A DNA stretch of 64,000 nucleotides from an uncultured delta proteobacterium (GTDB lineage: Bacteria > Desulfobacterota > Binatia > Binatales > Binataceae). Shown here piece by piece: positions 9,742-21,705 of this stretch. The number at the start of each line of letters is the position of its first letter. Within the stretch, counting starts at the first letter, position 1. A model generated the notes under the pieces. That model was not told the DNA's origin and made no database searches. It saw nothing but the letters and a program-made list of their open reading frames with translations. Made by a program: the position numbers and the translations under genes. The DNA lies in NCBI GenBank assembly GCA_963711565.1, contig CAVQEQ010000001.1, positions 768,001-832,000 of the forward strand. Direction: 5' to 3'.

Positions 9742-10857
9742 CTACTCCACCAGCGGATGCCCATCGGAGCCGGAGACGTGCGTGGGAAGCTTCCCTTCCG
9801 TTTCGTACACGCGGAAGCCCTGTTCGCCTTCCTTGCGATTCGGCGGCAAACCCAGATTGAAGAGCGTTTCCTCGACGCTGTTGTACCACGTCCCGATTTT
9901 CATAATCCGATGAGCGTCTTCGGCAGTGGCGATCTCACGGCCCAGCTCACGCGCCATCCTGACTTGCTTTTCTATCTGCTTGACCGTGGGCATCCGCTGG
10001 CCTTTGTGGGTCCCCCACAAATTGTCCTCTATACCGCAGCGCGTATGCTGCCCGAGCGCAATACAAATGTTCTGGATCGGCCAATCCAGCCGCATGACGG
10101 ATTGATAGGTAAAGCGCGAGCCATGCGGGGTGCGGCGGATCAACTCCATCAGGTCAAATGGATTTGCGCCGCAGACGCCACCGCCAACCATGCTGAAAAA
10201 TCCGTTCATCGGTCCCATGTAAAGACCGCGTCGGATGAGGCGTTCAACAATCTCGAGATTGTGGACGTGGCCCAGCGCAAAGTAGGCCTGGATACCGTTC
10301 TTGCGCAGACGCTTCAGGTGCTCGATATAGAACTCGGGTGTCGCATCGGCAACCATCTGCGACCATCCCCAGATTACCTTTGGGTCCGTCAGCGCCGTGC
10401 CCTGGACGTCGTCCACAGACATAAGGGAGGTTACGTCATATAAGGAGGTGCCAATCGCGACGGTAATCTGGTCCGGCTTTGGCGTTATCTCCGCGAGCAG
10501 GTGGCGGGTGTCATAGCCGAGCCACTTTGCCTTCTCTCCTTCGGTCGCGGGGGCGAAAGAAATCGAGCCGCCAAGTTGCAGCACCATCTTCGGCACCGCC
10601 TTTCGCAGACGCTCGAGCAAATAGCCGTAATGGTCGAGAGTTTTGGAGATCTGGCCAGTTTGAGGATCGCGGCAATGGACATGCAGGATCGTGGCTCCCG
10701 CGTTGTAGCAATCCACCGCCTTCTGGATCTGATCGTCCCAACTGACAGCGATATCTTCCGGATAGTCGCTGGGTAGCCAGGCCGGTCCCCAAGGCGCGGC
10801 CGTGATGATCAATGGTTCCTGATTCTCCGGCAGCAACGAATCATCTGTGAAATACAT
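9742..10857 (-). CDS. BKACE (3-keto-5-aminohexanoate cleavage enzyme, DUF849) family protein
   Basis: LIITAAP, AVDCYNAGATILHVHCRD (HxH metal site), RCGIEDN, ELGREIAT. Confidence 0.9.
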   Translation of the reverse strand: MYFTDDSLLPENQEPLIITAAPWGPAWLPSDYPEDIAVSWDDQIQKAVDCYNAGATILHVHCRDPQTGQISKTLDHYGYLLERLRKAVPKMVLQLGGSISFAPATEGEKAKWLGYDTRHLLAEITPKPDQITVAIGTSLYDVTSLMSVDDVQGTALTDPKVIWGWSQMVADATPEFYIEHLKRLRKNGIQAYFALGHVHNLEIVERLIRRGLYMGPMNGFFSMVGGGVCGANPFDLMELIRRTPHGSRFTYQSVMRLDWPIQNICIALGQHTRCGIEDNLWGTHKGQRMPTVKQIEKQVRMARELGREIATAEDAHRIMKIGTWYNSVEETLFNLGLPPNRKEGEQGFRVYETEGKLPTHVSGSDGHPLVE

Positions 10858-10994
10858 AGAGCTTCTCCTATTCGATAGAGTTGACGATTTTGGAATCTGT
10901 CAAACCACGGGAGCCAAGATAGGAGAAATCGAAACGCCAGGTTTGACATAAAGCGACATTAATTTAACATCCAAACACAAAGCGGATTTCTTCC

Positions 10995-12029
10995 ATGCAT
11001 TTGGTTCGAGCAGCAGCGCTAACGGGTTACGTCGAGCTGGCGGGCATCCTGAAGCTCAATCCATATCCGTTGCTTCAAGCGGTCGGGTTGCCTCGCGCCT
11101 GCCTTAACGACCAGGAGATGAAGATTTCGGCCGATGCGGTTCGCCAGCTCTTGGAGGATTCCGCAGCGCAGGCTCAGGTAGAGAATTTCGGACTGCGGCT
11201 CGCGGAAAACCGCCTGCTGTCGAATCTGGGTCCGCTGGCTCTCATCGTGCGCGAGGGTCCGACCGCGAGGAAAGCGCTCGAAGCACTGGTAAAATATATT
11301 CGATTACACAACGAGGCACTGAATCCTCGAGTCGAGGAGGAGCACGGCACGGTCACTGTAAGGCCGGAGCTCAGGCTCGAGAGACCGGTACCGGCGCGTC
11401 AGGCGGTCGAGTTGTCTCTGGGTGTCGTTGGCCAGGCACTCCGCACCTTTCTCGGCGATTCATGGAGACCCCGGGCGGTCTGCTTCGCTCACGGCGCGCC
11501 ACGCGATCTCTCCGTTCACAGGAGAATCTTCGGTTCGCGCGTCGAGTTCGGACGCGACTTCACCGGCATGGTCTGCAACGCGGAAGATCTCGAACAGCCA
11601 GTTCCGCATTCGGATCAGCTCATGGCGAAATACGCTCGTCAGTATCTCGATGGACTTCTGATAAACCGCGAGCTAAGCATGAGTGATCGAGTACGTGAGC
11701 TGCTGTGGGTTCGTGTGCCATCGGGCACCTACTCTTTGGAAGCCATGGCCAAACAACTCGGGGTTAGCAGCAGGACTATAGAAAGGCATCTCAAACAAGA
11801 GGGCACGTCCTTCTCCGCCTTGCTCAATCAGGTGCGCGCTGAAATGGTGGGGCAGTACGTCGAAGCGGCTGGCCGTCCGCTTTACGTCATAGCAGAACTA
11901 ATGGGCTTCTCCGCGCTAAGTGCGTTCTCGCGATGGTTCCGGGACGAATTCGGATGCAGCCCGTCAGAATGGCGCGCCACGGCCGGCCAGCGGCGTAGGG
12001 CGGCTTCCGAATCTCGCCTCTCAGGATGA
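10995..12029 (+). CDS. AraC family transcriptional regulator
   Basis: N-terminal FGLRLA..LGPL domain; C-terminal SSRTIERHLKQEGTSF, IAELMGFSALSAFSRWFRDEFGCSPSEWR; divergent from BKACE. Confidence 0.92.
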   Translation: MHLVRAAALTGYVELAGILKLNPYPLLQAVGLPRACLNDQEMKISADAVRQLLEDSAAQAQVENFGLRLAENRLLSNLGPLALIVREGPTARKALEALVKYIRLHNEALNPRVEEEHGTVTVRPELRLERPVPARQAVELSLGVVGQALRTFLGDSWRPRAVCFAHGAPRDLSVHRRIFGSRVEFGRDFTGMVCNAEDLEQPVPHSDQLMAKYARQYLDGLLINRELSMSDRVRELLWVRVPSGTYSLEAMAKQLGVSSRTIERHLKQEGTSFSALLNQVRAEMVGQYVEAAGRPLYVIAELMGFSALSAFSRWFRDEFGCSPSEWRATAGQRRRAASESRLSG

Positions 12030-12266
12030 TTTCGCCGCCGCCAACTCGCTCCCTGGCGGGAAATTCTGAAATGATTAAAGCAGCTGAGCTGGCAAGAGAG
12101 CATCATCGCCAACCATTCGCCTCCAATTCTGCGCTCTTGTCCCCGGTCGCTTCGATATATACGAAGACCTGGCCAACGAGATCGCCTGTCGAAATTGGCC
12201 TTCGTCGTTCGTTGCCTATTTGAATGCCCGACAACGGGCGCATCGAGAAAAATAGGGAGGCGGAAA

Positions 12267-12497
12267 ATGTACTTCATATGCATGGGATTCGAACGGCGCG
12301 GCGAATGGGCGCAACTGCCGCAGGCGGAGCAGCAACGGCGTATTCGCAAACATCAGGAAGGACTCTCACGCCTTTATGCAGAACGAGTCGCGACCGCGCG
12401 ACCTTACCTGTCGATGAGCGTCGGCTTGCATGACGACGCCGCCGAGACCGTAGTGCGCTACGACGGAACACACGCGGTGGTGACCGACGGACCATTT
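12267..12497 (+). pseudogene. YciI/DGPF-domain protein, 3'-truncated
   Basis: RBS GGAGG; MYFICM...TVVRYDGTHAVVTDGPF then abrupt loss of similarity. Confidence 0.7.
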
Positions 12498-13356
12498 GAA
12501 TGCGCAGTGATGATCGCTTTGCCATCCTTGACACCGTCAAGTTCAAGCCCGCGAAGCCGCGCGCCTTCGACGGCGGCTAACTTGAGCGCGTCGGCCATTA
12601 ACCCTGTTGAAGGGAACTTAGGTCGCTCTTCGACGATCGCCACTCCCGTGGAGAGCGTTTGAACACACGGCACCTGCGTGACCAGGACCGGCGCAGTCCG
12701 AGGTTGCAGACCTTCGCCGTTCAGTGAGGTTACAACAGATGCTCCGCGGATACAGCGTCAGCTTCACCCGCATCGCGCGTATAGTACTCATCGAAAGCGC
12801 GATAGGCTTCCTCGCCGTCAAAGACGACGTAGACTTCCTTGTGTCGGCCGGATAGCGCGGCGAGGCTCAGATTAGCCGAGCCGGTGATCACCCGGTAATT
12901 TCGAGCATTCGCGAGCAGATAGAGCTTCTCGTGACTCGGCATCTTCCGAAGCAACCGAAAACGCAACGTTTGGTCGGCAATGCGGGGGAGCAGCGCCATA
13001 CCCGACTTGCCGAGTTCAGCGCCGAGCCGTTCCACGAACGCCTTCTGGTCGGCGATCGCATCAACGAAGGTATACCCCCTAGCTATATGGCTCGCTTGTT
13101 CGAGTATCGCATGATCTCGCGAGAGGATTCTTTCTGAACCGAAGGTGATCTCTATGTCCCGGAACATTCCCGCAAGTTCAAGAATCAGGTCGAGGCCGCT
13201 TGAGTAGGTGATTGCCTTGAGACTATCGAAGCCCTCGAACAATTCTCGCCAACTCGCCTCTTGGCGAGATGTCATCGTGGCCCTGAACACTGTGAGCGCG
13301 CGCCGCTCGGATTGCGGCTTCTCTTGGAACAGACCGGCCGTCTCCATCTTCTCCAC
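12498..13356 (-). pseudogene. Phospholipase D-superfamily (HxK...GSxN) protein, frameshifted and truncated
   Basis: SHEKLYLL...VITGSANLS...E motif; ORF stops at 12730 but a second frame continues (SLNGEGLQPRTAPVLVTQVPC...) until it meets the YciI remnant. Confidence 0.65.
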
Positions 13357-13770
13357 CTGCTCACCGCGCCGAAGCGAACACTAGCGCGTTTGTCCGTATC
13401 TCGCACACCCTAGCGTGAGGAAATGACAACGGTTGTCATCGAACCGGCCGAAGTGCCATCATAAACGGCACTCAGCTAACTAGCGCAATTTGGATGCCAG
13501 CCCTCCGCTCAAACCCCTATCAACAGGCGATCGAAGCGATGGCGGTGCAGCCCGGCGTCGAATGCAGGCGAATCAATAGCGATGATTCGCGGACCTAGGT
13601 AAATTGCGCCCGGATAGGTTTCGCGAGATTCCCGCAGTTTGTGCCGACGGAGAGATCGAATCCGGTCCGCGGTTTGGGCACGCGCCTGCGCGACCGATCG
13701 GCGCGCGACTGAGCGACAGCGTGACCGCACCTGCTGCGCTTAAGCGAGCGCGCCGCGACCGGATTAATCT

Positions 13771-14406
13771 TTATTGGAGGATCTCTTGGACGGTTTTCGC
13801 GTCGGCGGGCAGCCGTTTGGCAGTGTCGACGACCATCTTCCAAGTAACCGAGTTTTGTTCATTGCCGCCGAAGCCAATGTACGTTCCTCCGCCGTGTGAG
13901 CCCACTGCAGCCGCCGCACGCGGAGATTGCGGCTGAACAACCGCGCTGCCCGCGATCACTGGTCCAGCGCCAATCATCACCCCAACCCTTGATTGCGAGG
14001 TTTGGGCCTGCGCAACCTTGCTGCCGCCTACAACGATTGTATCTCCGAACGTATTTTCGAAGAAGAATCCCGGAGTTCCAACTCTTGAGGATTGAGCCCT
14101 CACAATTTTGTACGTTCCGGTTACCTCTCCCGCAGTCGGGCAACACTCCGGGTCGTTCGCGTTCCAGACGAGGAACGCGAATTCGAGTGAACCGTCGCTC
14201 AAGAAATTCCTGGTTGCACGCCGAACGGTTTCGGATGGCCCCAGCTGGTCCTTGTACCAGTCTTCGGGTGATTCGATCTCGAGGGGTTGCAACTGATCTT
14301 CATCATAATCGATATGGAACGCGCCATCGCGGAATACCTCAAGGCCGGCGCAGTCGCGTCTGGGCGATCTTAACGGGCCGTTCGCGTCCGCCCGCCAGAG
14401 ATTGAA
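13771..14406 (-). pseudogene. 5'-truncated hypothetical protein fragment
   Basis: Frame open to ~14406 with no convincing start; contains NDPECCPTAG. Confidence 0.4.
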
Positions 14407-14487
14407 CTAGTGCACTCTCCGGACAGAAAGGCTGCGCAGGATGGAAAAACGATTGCTACCCGATTTATCTGGCGATCGAGCAGATCG

Positions 14488-15010
14488 ATGGAGCAACTGA
14501 GCGCTGCAATCCACCGGCAATTCGGACCGCACAGGCACAGCAGTCTGCTCGCGGCGATCATCGCTGCGTTCGCGGTGCGTCCGTTGATCGGGGATACCGG
14601 AAGCAGCTCCGCCATTTTCGGTGTGGCATTGGTGGTCCTCTTGCTGGTGGCCCTCTACAACATCAACGTCAACGCGATGATAGGCGAGAGGGGCCGCTTA
14701 GTGGCGCAAAATAGGAGGTGCAGAATCCTCGGTTGGACGCTCGCCACTGCGGCCGCAGTGGAAAGGCTATTGGTTATCTTTGTTCACAGTCGGATGCTCA
14801 ACTTGGCGGGTTCGATTTGATGGCTGCTATTTATCCTGTTTGTCAACGTGAGCGAATTGCGCAGCGTACTGAAGCAAAGAGAGGTCGCCGGGGAGACCAT
14901 CTGCATGGCGGTCTCGGTCTACCAGTTGATGGGATTTACCTGGGCTTTTTTGTACGGCGTTATGTTTCAAATTCATCCAGAATCCTTTGGCGGTGCCATA
15001 GGGTGGTTGA
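14488..15010 (+). pseudogene. Ion channel (Ion transport 2 family) N-terminal remnant
   Basis: TM helices, in-frame TGA at 14818-14820, then REVAGETICMAVSVYQLMGFTWAFLYG...HPESF; pore (TxGYGD) region missing. Confidence 0.6.
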
Positions 15011-15256
15011 TAAATAGCGATTTCTGAAAATCGGAGACTAAGGCATATATTAGTTGGATTTATCGGAGACTTACTTTGTCTAATATGAGGGGCGCCTTGC
15101 ACGACCCCGTGAGCGACTCACTCGCTCAAGGGGTCTCAATTGAGCTACCTGAGGTACGAAACCGCCGGTGGAATCGGCGTTATCCGACCACACCGGGCCG
15201 AAAATTCGAAAAGCCGATTGTTCTATTTTTTTGGCGCGTAAGGTTTGTCGGCACCT

Positions 15257-16962
15257 CTAAGTAGAGCGCTTGTTGGCAATTTCCGCTGACCTCTCGATGG
15301 TACGCAAGCGCCAACTCGCGTCCGGACCGAGTTCCAGTTCCTCGGAATGGTATCTGCGCAGCGAAGCGCGATGTCCGATGCTGACAAACACGATATTAGT
15401 GTCTTGAAGCAGACCATACAAGCGTTGCTCACTCGCGGAATCGAGTGCGCTTGAGGCTTCGTCCAAGAACGCGAACCGTGGTGACTTCAAGAGGAGTCGG
15501 CCAAATGCCAAACGCTGCTGTTCGCCTTGCGACAAAATCTCTGACCAGTTACATTCAGTGTCAAGTTCGAATCGATCGACTAGCTCATTCAGGTCTACCT
15601 GACGCAAGATCCCGAGCAACTTGGCATCATCCCAGATCGTCTCGCCAGGATACGAGAGTTGCTCTCGCAGGCTCCCCAGCGGCATGTAAGGTACCTGCGG
15701 CAGAAACATGATTTCGTTTAGTGGAGGCCGAATCACCCCTCCCGATCCGGACTTCCATAGGCCGCTTATGGTTCGAAGGAGTGACGTTTTACCCGATCCA
15801 GTTTTACCAGTTATTAGCAGTCCGTGCTGATCGGCGATCCGCACTGACAAGTTGATCAGAATCGACCGAACGGAGAGAGGCTCATAGATGCTCAAGTGTT
15901 CAGTCGCAATACCCGACCGCTCGGAAGTACGGATCTCCGCGTTCGAGCTCTGGCGAGGTGAGGACTCGCATTCCTTCAAATAGCCATCAAGTCGTCTCGC
16001 AACTGCGGCGTAATCCGTGAGTGTGTTGAACTGATTCAGGACCACGGAAAGGGACATATTCACCATCAGGAAAGCGTAACTTGCTTGTGTGAGCTGTCCG
16101 AGCTGAAGGTGGCCGGCGAAGTACGTGGCAGATAGTACAATGTAAGGTAGATAGGAAGAGAAACTATGATACGATTCCGTTACCAAAGCGAGGGTTCGTT
16201 GCGTACGAATGAGTGAGTTATAATTTCTAACTAGTTGATTCAATCTTTTCGAGAGTTGGCGAAATTCCTGACGCTCTCCTCCATACATTGCAATAGGCTC
16301 AGCTTGCGCGCGCAATCTTACGAGGGCCGAAGCGAAAGTCGGCCTCATACCGCTGTTGATCAAAATTGATTGAAACTAGATTTCGACCTGCAAGGATGCA
16401 GAGCAAAGTACCCGTCAACGCGTAGACTGGTAGAAATAGTAGAATCGGAATGGATATCGTTGCTAATATCACCGCAAAGGAAATGCCATTTAATAAGGTT
16501 CCTATTGTCGCGATCGATAACGATAGCGTTGTTTCAGTAAACTGGCGTACGTCTTCACTGACTCGTTGATCCGGATTGTCAATGTGTTCGCTGCGAGCCA
16601 GTCGATAGAAGTTGCGATTCCGAAGCGTCCTTCTAAGAAGATCATCCGTCATCCAATCTCGCCAGTTGATTTGAAGTCGACCAATGAAATAACTATAGTA
16701 AGCTTGGGTTGGTACTGCGACGATCATGTAAGTGATAAAGATGGCTAGATCGTGATAAAAGAGCACTCGCGCTTTTGCGTTCAACGCGTTTGTTATGTCC
16801 CGGGAGAGATAACTGAACCATATATTTTTGATCAGAAGTAGGCCTTCCAAGGCGAAGTACTGCGGCTGTATATAAACGTGCATCACGCTTTTTGTCTGAG
16901 GACCAGTATGGACGGACTAAGACGGAGAGATTCTTCAAGAACGAAAGGTCAAAGTTTTCCAT
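15257..16962 (-). pseudogene. ABCD/YddA-like ABC transporter permease-ATPase with two frameshifts
   Basis: PYW.S, NPDQRVSED, EADFRFG-LVRLR..AEPIAMYGGE (EAA), GKTGSGKTS, LSQGEQQR, FLDEASSALD; apparent +1 frameshifts near 16857 and 16325; AT-richer than flanks. Confidence 0.85.
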
Positions 16963-17454
16963 TTCTCCTCCCTGACCAGTCGAGGTATTCGGAATGCGCC
17001 TGACCAGCCCCTGACTCTGTGGTGAAAACTAACGGAAAAGCGAAGCTTGCACGGCGGCTTCCCACCAGCAGAGACTGGTCGTGGTTTTGCGAGGAGTAGA
17101 TTCCCAGTCTGGTAGGATCATCCCGTCGCATGTTTTGATCTTCCGTAAGCTTATCTGGTTGTCACCAGTCAACGAATTGGAGTTCGGAAATTGCTAAAAA
17201 TTCCTCGTCAGCGATCTCTTTGACGCCAACCCGGCGTTCATACTCTCAAAGTCTTGGTTACGCACCTTGCCAGTGAGTTCAACGTCAATATTCTCGCTAG
17301 GGAAGGTTGAGACCATTAGATCAGCACCACGCGCGGTCACGTCTGTAAGCGCCGGAGAGAAAATCCCTCAGTGAAGCGGCCGGATAGACCGGTCGCGCCG
17401 GAGTAAAACTCCAGCACGAGATAGCCTTCAGCCTGGAGGGTTGAAGGCGGAGGG

Positions 17455-18957
17455 ATGAAAGGCGTGGAACTGTATGGGCAGGTGCGACGAGCGGTCTATG
17501 TTGAAGGACTGAGCCGGCGCGAGGCAGCGCGGCGATTCGGGATCGACCCACGGACGGTGGCGAAGATGCTGGCGTTCTCGGTGCCGCCGGGATATCGGCG
17601 GGGCCGGCCGCTGGCGCGGCCGAAGCTGGATCCGTTCGTTGGGATCATCGATCGGATCCTGGAGGAAGATAAGGGACAGCCAGCCAAGCAGCAGCACACC
17701 TCGAAGCGGATCTTCGAGCGGCTGCGAGACGAGCACGGCTACGCCGGCGGGATCACCGTTGTAAAGGACTACGTGCACGAGCGGCGGCAGCGGTCGCGTG
17801 AGATGTTCGTGCCGTTGCGCCACGAACCGGGACACGCACAGGTTGACTTCGGCGAAGCGCTGGCAGTGATCGGCGGAGTGGAGCGGAAGATCCACTTCTT
17901 CGCGATGGATCTGCCGCACAGCGACAGCTGCCTGGTACAGGCCTATCCATCGGAGAGCAGCGAAGCCTTCTGTGAAGGACACAACGTCGGCTTCGAGTTC
18001 TTCGGCGGCGTGCCGCGCTCGATCCTGTACGACAACCTCAAGCTGGCGGTGGCGCGCATCCTGGGAGACGGCCGGCGGCTAAGGATCCGGGTCTTCAGCG
18101 AGCTGCAGTCCCACTACCTGTTCACCGATCGCTTCGGACGACCCGGTAAGGGCAATGACAAGGGCAAGGTCGAAGGGTTGGTGGGCTATGCTCGGCGCAA
18201 CTTCATGGTGCCGATTCCGCACGCTGCCAGCTTCGCCGAACTCAACGCGCGCTTGCTGGAGGACTGCCGCCGTCGATTGAACGATCAGCTGCGTGGCCAT
18301 GACGAGACCATCGCCGAGCGACTGGTGCGAGACCGCGCTGCCTTCCTGCCGTTGCCGGCCACTCCCTATGAAGCCTGCGAGAAGAGAGCAGCGCGAGTCA
18401 GCTCGCTCTCGCTGGTGCGCTATCGGGGCAACGACTATTCGGTGCCCACCGCTTACGGCCACCGCGAGGTGCTGGTTCGCGGTTACGTCCACGAAGTGGT
18501 GATCGCCTGCGCGGCGGAAGAGATCGCGCGTCATCTGCGCTCCTACGAGCGCGAAGACTTCATCTTCGATCCGCTGCACTACCTGGCGCTGCTGGAACGG
18601 AAGATCGGCGCGCTGGACCAGGCCGCGCCACTGGTCGGTTGGGAACTGCCTGAAGAGTTCGCGACCCTGCGCCGTCTGCTCGAGGCTCGCCTGAGCAAGC
18701 CGGGCAAGCGCGAGTTCGTGCAGGTGCTGCGCCTGCTAGAAGTGTTCCGCACCGATGACGTATCAGCGGCGGTGAGAGAAGCGATCGCGCGCGGAGTGAT
18801 CAGCTTCGACGCAGTCAAGCATCTGGTGTTGTGCCGCATCGAACGCCGCCCACCGCGGCTGGACATGAAGATCTATCCCTACTTGCCGCGCGCCACCGTC
18901 GCGACCACCTCGGCCCGGGCCTACTTGAGCCTGCTGGCGGGAGGGGCATCGTCATGA
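17455..18957 (+). CDS. istA: IS21 transposase
   Basis: KLDPF, PGHAQVDFGE, GGVPRSILYDN, KGKVEGLV, YSVP. Confidence 0.95.
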   Translation: MKGVELYGQVRRAVYVEGLSRREAARRFGIDPRTVAKMLAFSVPPGYRRGRPLARPKLDPFVGIIDRILEEDKGQPAKQQHTSKRIFERLRDEHGYAGGITVVKDYVHERRQRSREMFVPLRHEPGHAQVDFGEALAVIGGVERKIHFFAMDLPHSDSCLVQAYPSESSEAFCEGHNVGFEFFGGVPRSILYDNLKLAVARILGDGRRLRIRVFSELQSHYLFTDRFGRPGKGNDKGKVEGLVGYARRNFMVPIPHAASFAELNARLLEDCRRRLNDQLRGHDETIAERLVRDRAAFLPLPATPYEACEKRAARVSSLSLVRYRGNDYSVPTAYGHREVLVRGYVHEVVIACAAEEIARHLRSYEREDFIFDPLHYLALLERKIGALDQAAPLVGWELPEEFATLRRLLEARLSKPGKREFVQVLRLLEVFRTDDVSAAVREAIARGVISFDAVKHLVLCRIERRPPRLDMKIYPYLPRATVATTSARAYLSLLAGGASS

Positions 18958-19733
18958 GCGACACACCGCAGGTTCTGCTCGCTCACCACCTTAAGGCGCT
19001 GAGGCTCCCAACCTTCCTGCGTGAGTACGACAAGCTGGCGCGCCAGTGCGCCGCCGAAGGTGTCGATCACTCGCGCTACCTGCTGCGCCTGGCCGAGCTT
19101 GAGATGATCGACCGGGAACGGCGGACCATCGAGCGCCGGATCAAGGAAGCCAGGTTCCCCGCAGTGAAGAGCCTCGACAGCTTCGACTTCACCGCCATCC
19201 CCTCGCTCAACAAGACCTTGGTGCTGGAACTGGCCCGCTCGGAGTACGTCGGCCGCCGTGAGAACGTCATCGCGCTCGGTAACAGCGGCACCGGCAAGAC
19301 TCACATCGCGCTGGGGCTCGGACTGGCAGCGTGCCAGAAGGGTCTCGCGGTTGGCTTCACCACCGCTGCGGCCCTGGTCAACGAACTGCACGAAGCACAC
19401 GACGAAAAGCGTCTGCAGCGACTGCAACGGCAACTCGCCGGCTTAAAGCTGCTGATCGTCGACGAGCTCGGCTACGTTCCGCTGTCACAGACCGGCGCCG
19501 AGTTGCTGTTCGAGGTCTTCAGCCAGCGCTACGAACGCGGCTCGATCATCGTGACCAGCAATCTGCCCTTCGATGAGTGGACCGGCGTGTTCGGCTCCGA
19601 GCGACTGACCGGCGCGCTGCTCGATCGCCTCACCCATCATGTCCACATCCTCGAGATGAACGGCGATAGCTTCAGGCTTAAGCACAGCAGAGGTCAGATC
19701 GTAGAAGAGCAACCACCGCAAGAACCCGACTGA
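18954..19733 (+). CDS. istB: IS21 helper ATPase
   Basis: ATGA overlap with istA; GNSGTGKTH, LLIVDELGY, TSNLPFDEW, ALLDRLTHH. Confidence 0.95.
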   Translation: MSDTPQVLLAHHLKALRLPTFLREYDKLARQCAAEGVDHSRYLLRLAELEMIDRERRTIERRIKEARFPAVKSLDSFDFTAIPSLNKTLVLELARSEYVGRRENVIALGNSGTGKTHIALGLGLAACQKGLAVGFTTAAALVNELHEAHDEKRLQRLQRQLAGLKLLIVDELGYVPLSQTGAELLFEVFSQRYERGSIIVTSNLPFDEWTGVFGSERLTGALLDRLTHHVHILEMNGDSFRLKHSRGQIVEEQPPQEPD

Positions 19734-20551
19734 CCCACCACCGGGTCGCTCAGCCCTTAGTTCCACAGATGGGCGAGGGGGAAAATCCCCCTCGCGCTCC
19801 TCCTGCCCAGAGCTCAAACTAACCCGGCCAGGAGTGATGCATTTTTACTCCGGCCTGTTGATGTACTTTTGCTCCGGCGTTGACACACGTCCATCTCCGA
19901 TCGCGCGCTGCTCCTCTGGACACGAATCTAGGGTTGAATTCAGTCGCCGTGTTACCGCGTTCATAGAGGAACCAGTCGTTCAGCATCGTCAACTCATTCG
20001 GCCTTACTGTTCCGACGGATTCCTCGGCGAAGCGCAACAGATTCCACAGTTGTCAATTTACCAACGGTCGGGCGCCGTTCGATGAAGCATTGAATCCATC
20101 CAGGCCCGCATCACGTTCACGCGCGACGCAGCAACGAAAATTACGCGTACATACATCTGGCACAGGAAGATTTGGGCACTGACGCACTCTGAAAAGTAGG
20201 CTGGCGATGTAATCATCGCTCGCGCGAAGTCCAGACGTCGCACCGTGTGCCTAGCCGTCTCGCACAGAGTGTCCCGGTTCATCGTCATTGTGTCCACCTC
20301 GGACTTCAGCTGACTAACTTCCCTCCTCTCGCAGCCGCACTCCTTTGTTCCGACTTGCACGCCAGTTCCCGGAGGCGGAGAAAATCGCGCCGCTCTTTCA
20401 CCTCGTCCAATCTCGACCACCACGTCGTGCCGTCAGTGTGCTGGACACTAGCATCTTGTCGAATGGCACGACAGTCCTCTTGCCCCAGCTAAGATCGTTT
20501 CAATGTTGTCCGGTACTTAGGCGAAATCGTATAGTCTATGCAGAGAGGACG

Positions 20552-21700
20552 TGGATCAGTCTAGAAAATAACCTCCGATCTACGTTGTGATTTAGCTCCT
20601 TTAGCAATCCGACGGGGTGGCTTACAGAAAGGACAGATCTATGTCTAAGACGCCCGGAATGGATCGAAGTGAATGATGGGCAGCAGCCCGCGACGACGGC
20701 GCCGATTCACATCCGAAGGGAAGTGCCGGCCAGTGGCGGAAGCGGCACGCTTGGTTCGAGCGGTCAGCCCGGTCGCGCAGACAATGGAGTCTCCTCGAGC
20801 CTGCTTGCTTCACCGGGCGCGATTGATGGAACAGGGCTAGATAGAAAGCCTTGGCGCCGATGAGCAGGAACGGCCCGGCGTCAGAAGACAAGCAGCTCAT
20901 GCACGGGGGCGCGAGCTCGGGCGCTGCACGACAAGAAGACGCTGGAAGCTGAGATCCTTGAAAGACGCGTTGGAGATGTACGCGCCCAAAAAACTGCGGT
21001 TATGTTCGGACTCGTCCGAACCGTGAGATTCCAAGTGAAGCCACCGGTCGAGGTGTTGGGAGTAGTGCGATCCAATCTGGTCGAGCAGTTCAAGCCCGCC
21101 ACCAGCAAGCGGTCGGACTCTGGTCCGCGGAAGGCTGAATGAATGGCTATTGCCGCTGATACGAGCGATCGTTGCCAAGTACCCCAGTTATGATTATCGG
21201 AGGATAAACGTGTTGCGCTTCCGTTAGCTTTGAGGCGCAGGTCGCGCGCGCGTAAGCCATAAGACGCGCTATCGCATCATGCGCATCATTCGGCTGGCAT
21301 TTGCTGCTGCCGCGCTACCAGTTGCCGCCGCGAACAAACCCACGACGGGTCATGGTGGTCGCGCTCAAGAGCGATCTGCGCTGGCATTCCGCCTCTTTCG
21401 AAACGATCCGCTGCTGGATGGCGAAGCGGTTCATGTATTATTCACCCTCGATCGTTGCGAGCACGAGGCTGATGTAATGGCGGGCGACTACCGGTGACGG
21501 GTCCGGCGAGATCGTGCGCGACCTGATGAGCGAGAGCATCGAGTATCCCTTCGGCTTAGCGGTGCTGAGTGCGCCCTCTTCCGGGCGAGTGGCTCTCGGA
21601 CTCTGGTTCCCTGCTACGCCGCCCGTTAGATTCGTGGGTTCGCACACTCGCTGGGTCTGCTGGTCTTCACCGCGACGACTTACTCCCCAGTCCGACAGCG
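20552..21700 (+). mobile_element. Degraded IS3-family (IS2-like) element
   Basis: Scattered frames: RRRRRFT, KKTLEAEIL, YPSYDYRRI, DLRW, VHVLFTLD.CEHE, GEIVRDLMSESIE, YSP; many frameshifts; boundaries approximate. Confidence 0.7.
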
Positions 21701-21705
21701 CGGCC

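Larger units (their letters stand above)
17344..19885 (+). mobile_element. IS21-family insertion sequence, complete, with 6-bp target duplication CACGTC
   Basis: Left end TGTAAGCGCCGGAG, right end CTCCGGCGTTGACA, internal repeated CCGGAG(T/C)AAAA motifs, CACGTC at 17338-17343 and 19886-19891. Confidence 0.95.

Noticed and set aside
16949-17320. Possible decayed gene upstream of the ABC transporter
   Set aside because: The frame has stops and shifts and no identifiable family; too weak to list.
19890-20550. Short ORFs right of the IS21
   Set aside because: No recognisable motifs; cannot support a call.
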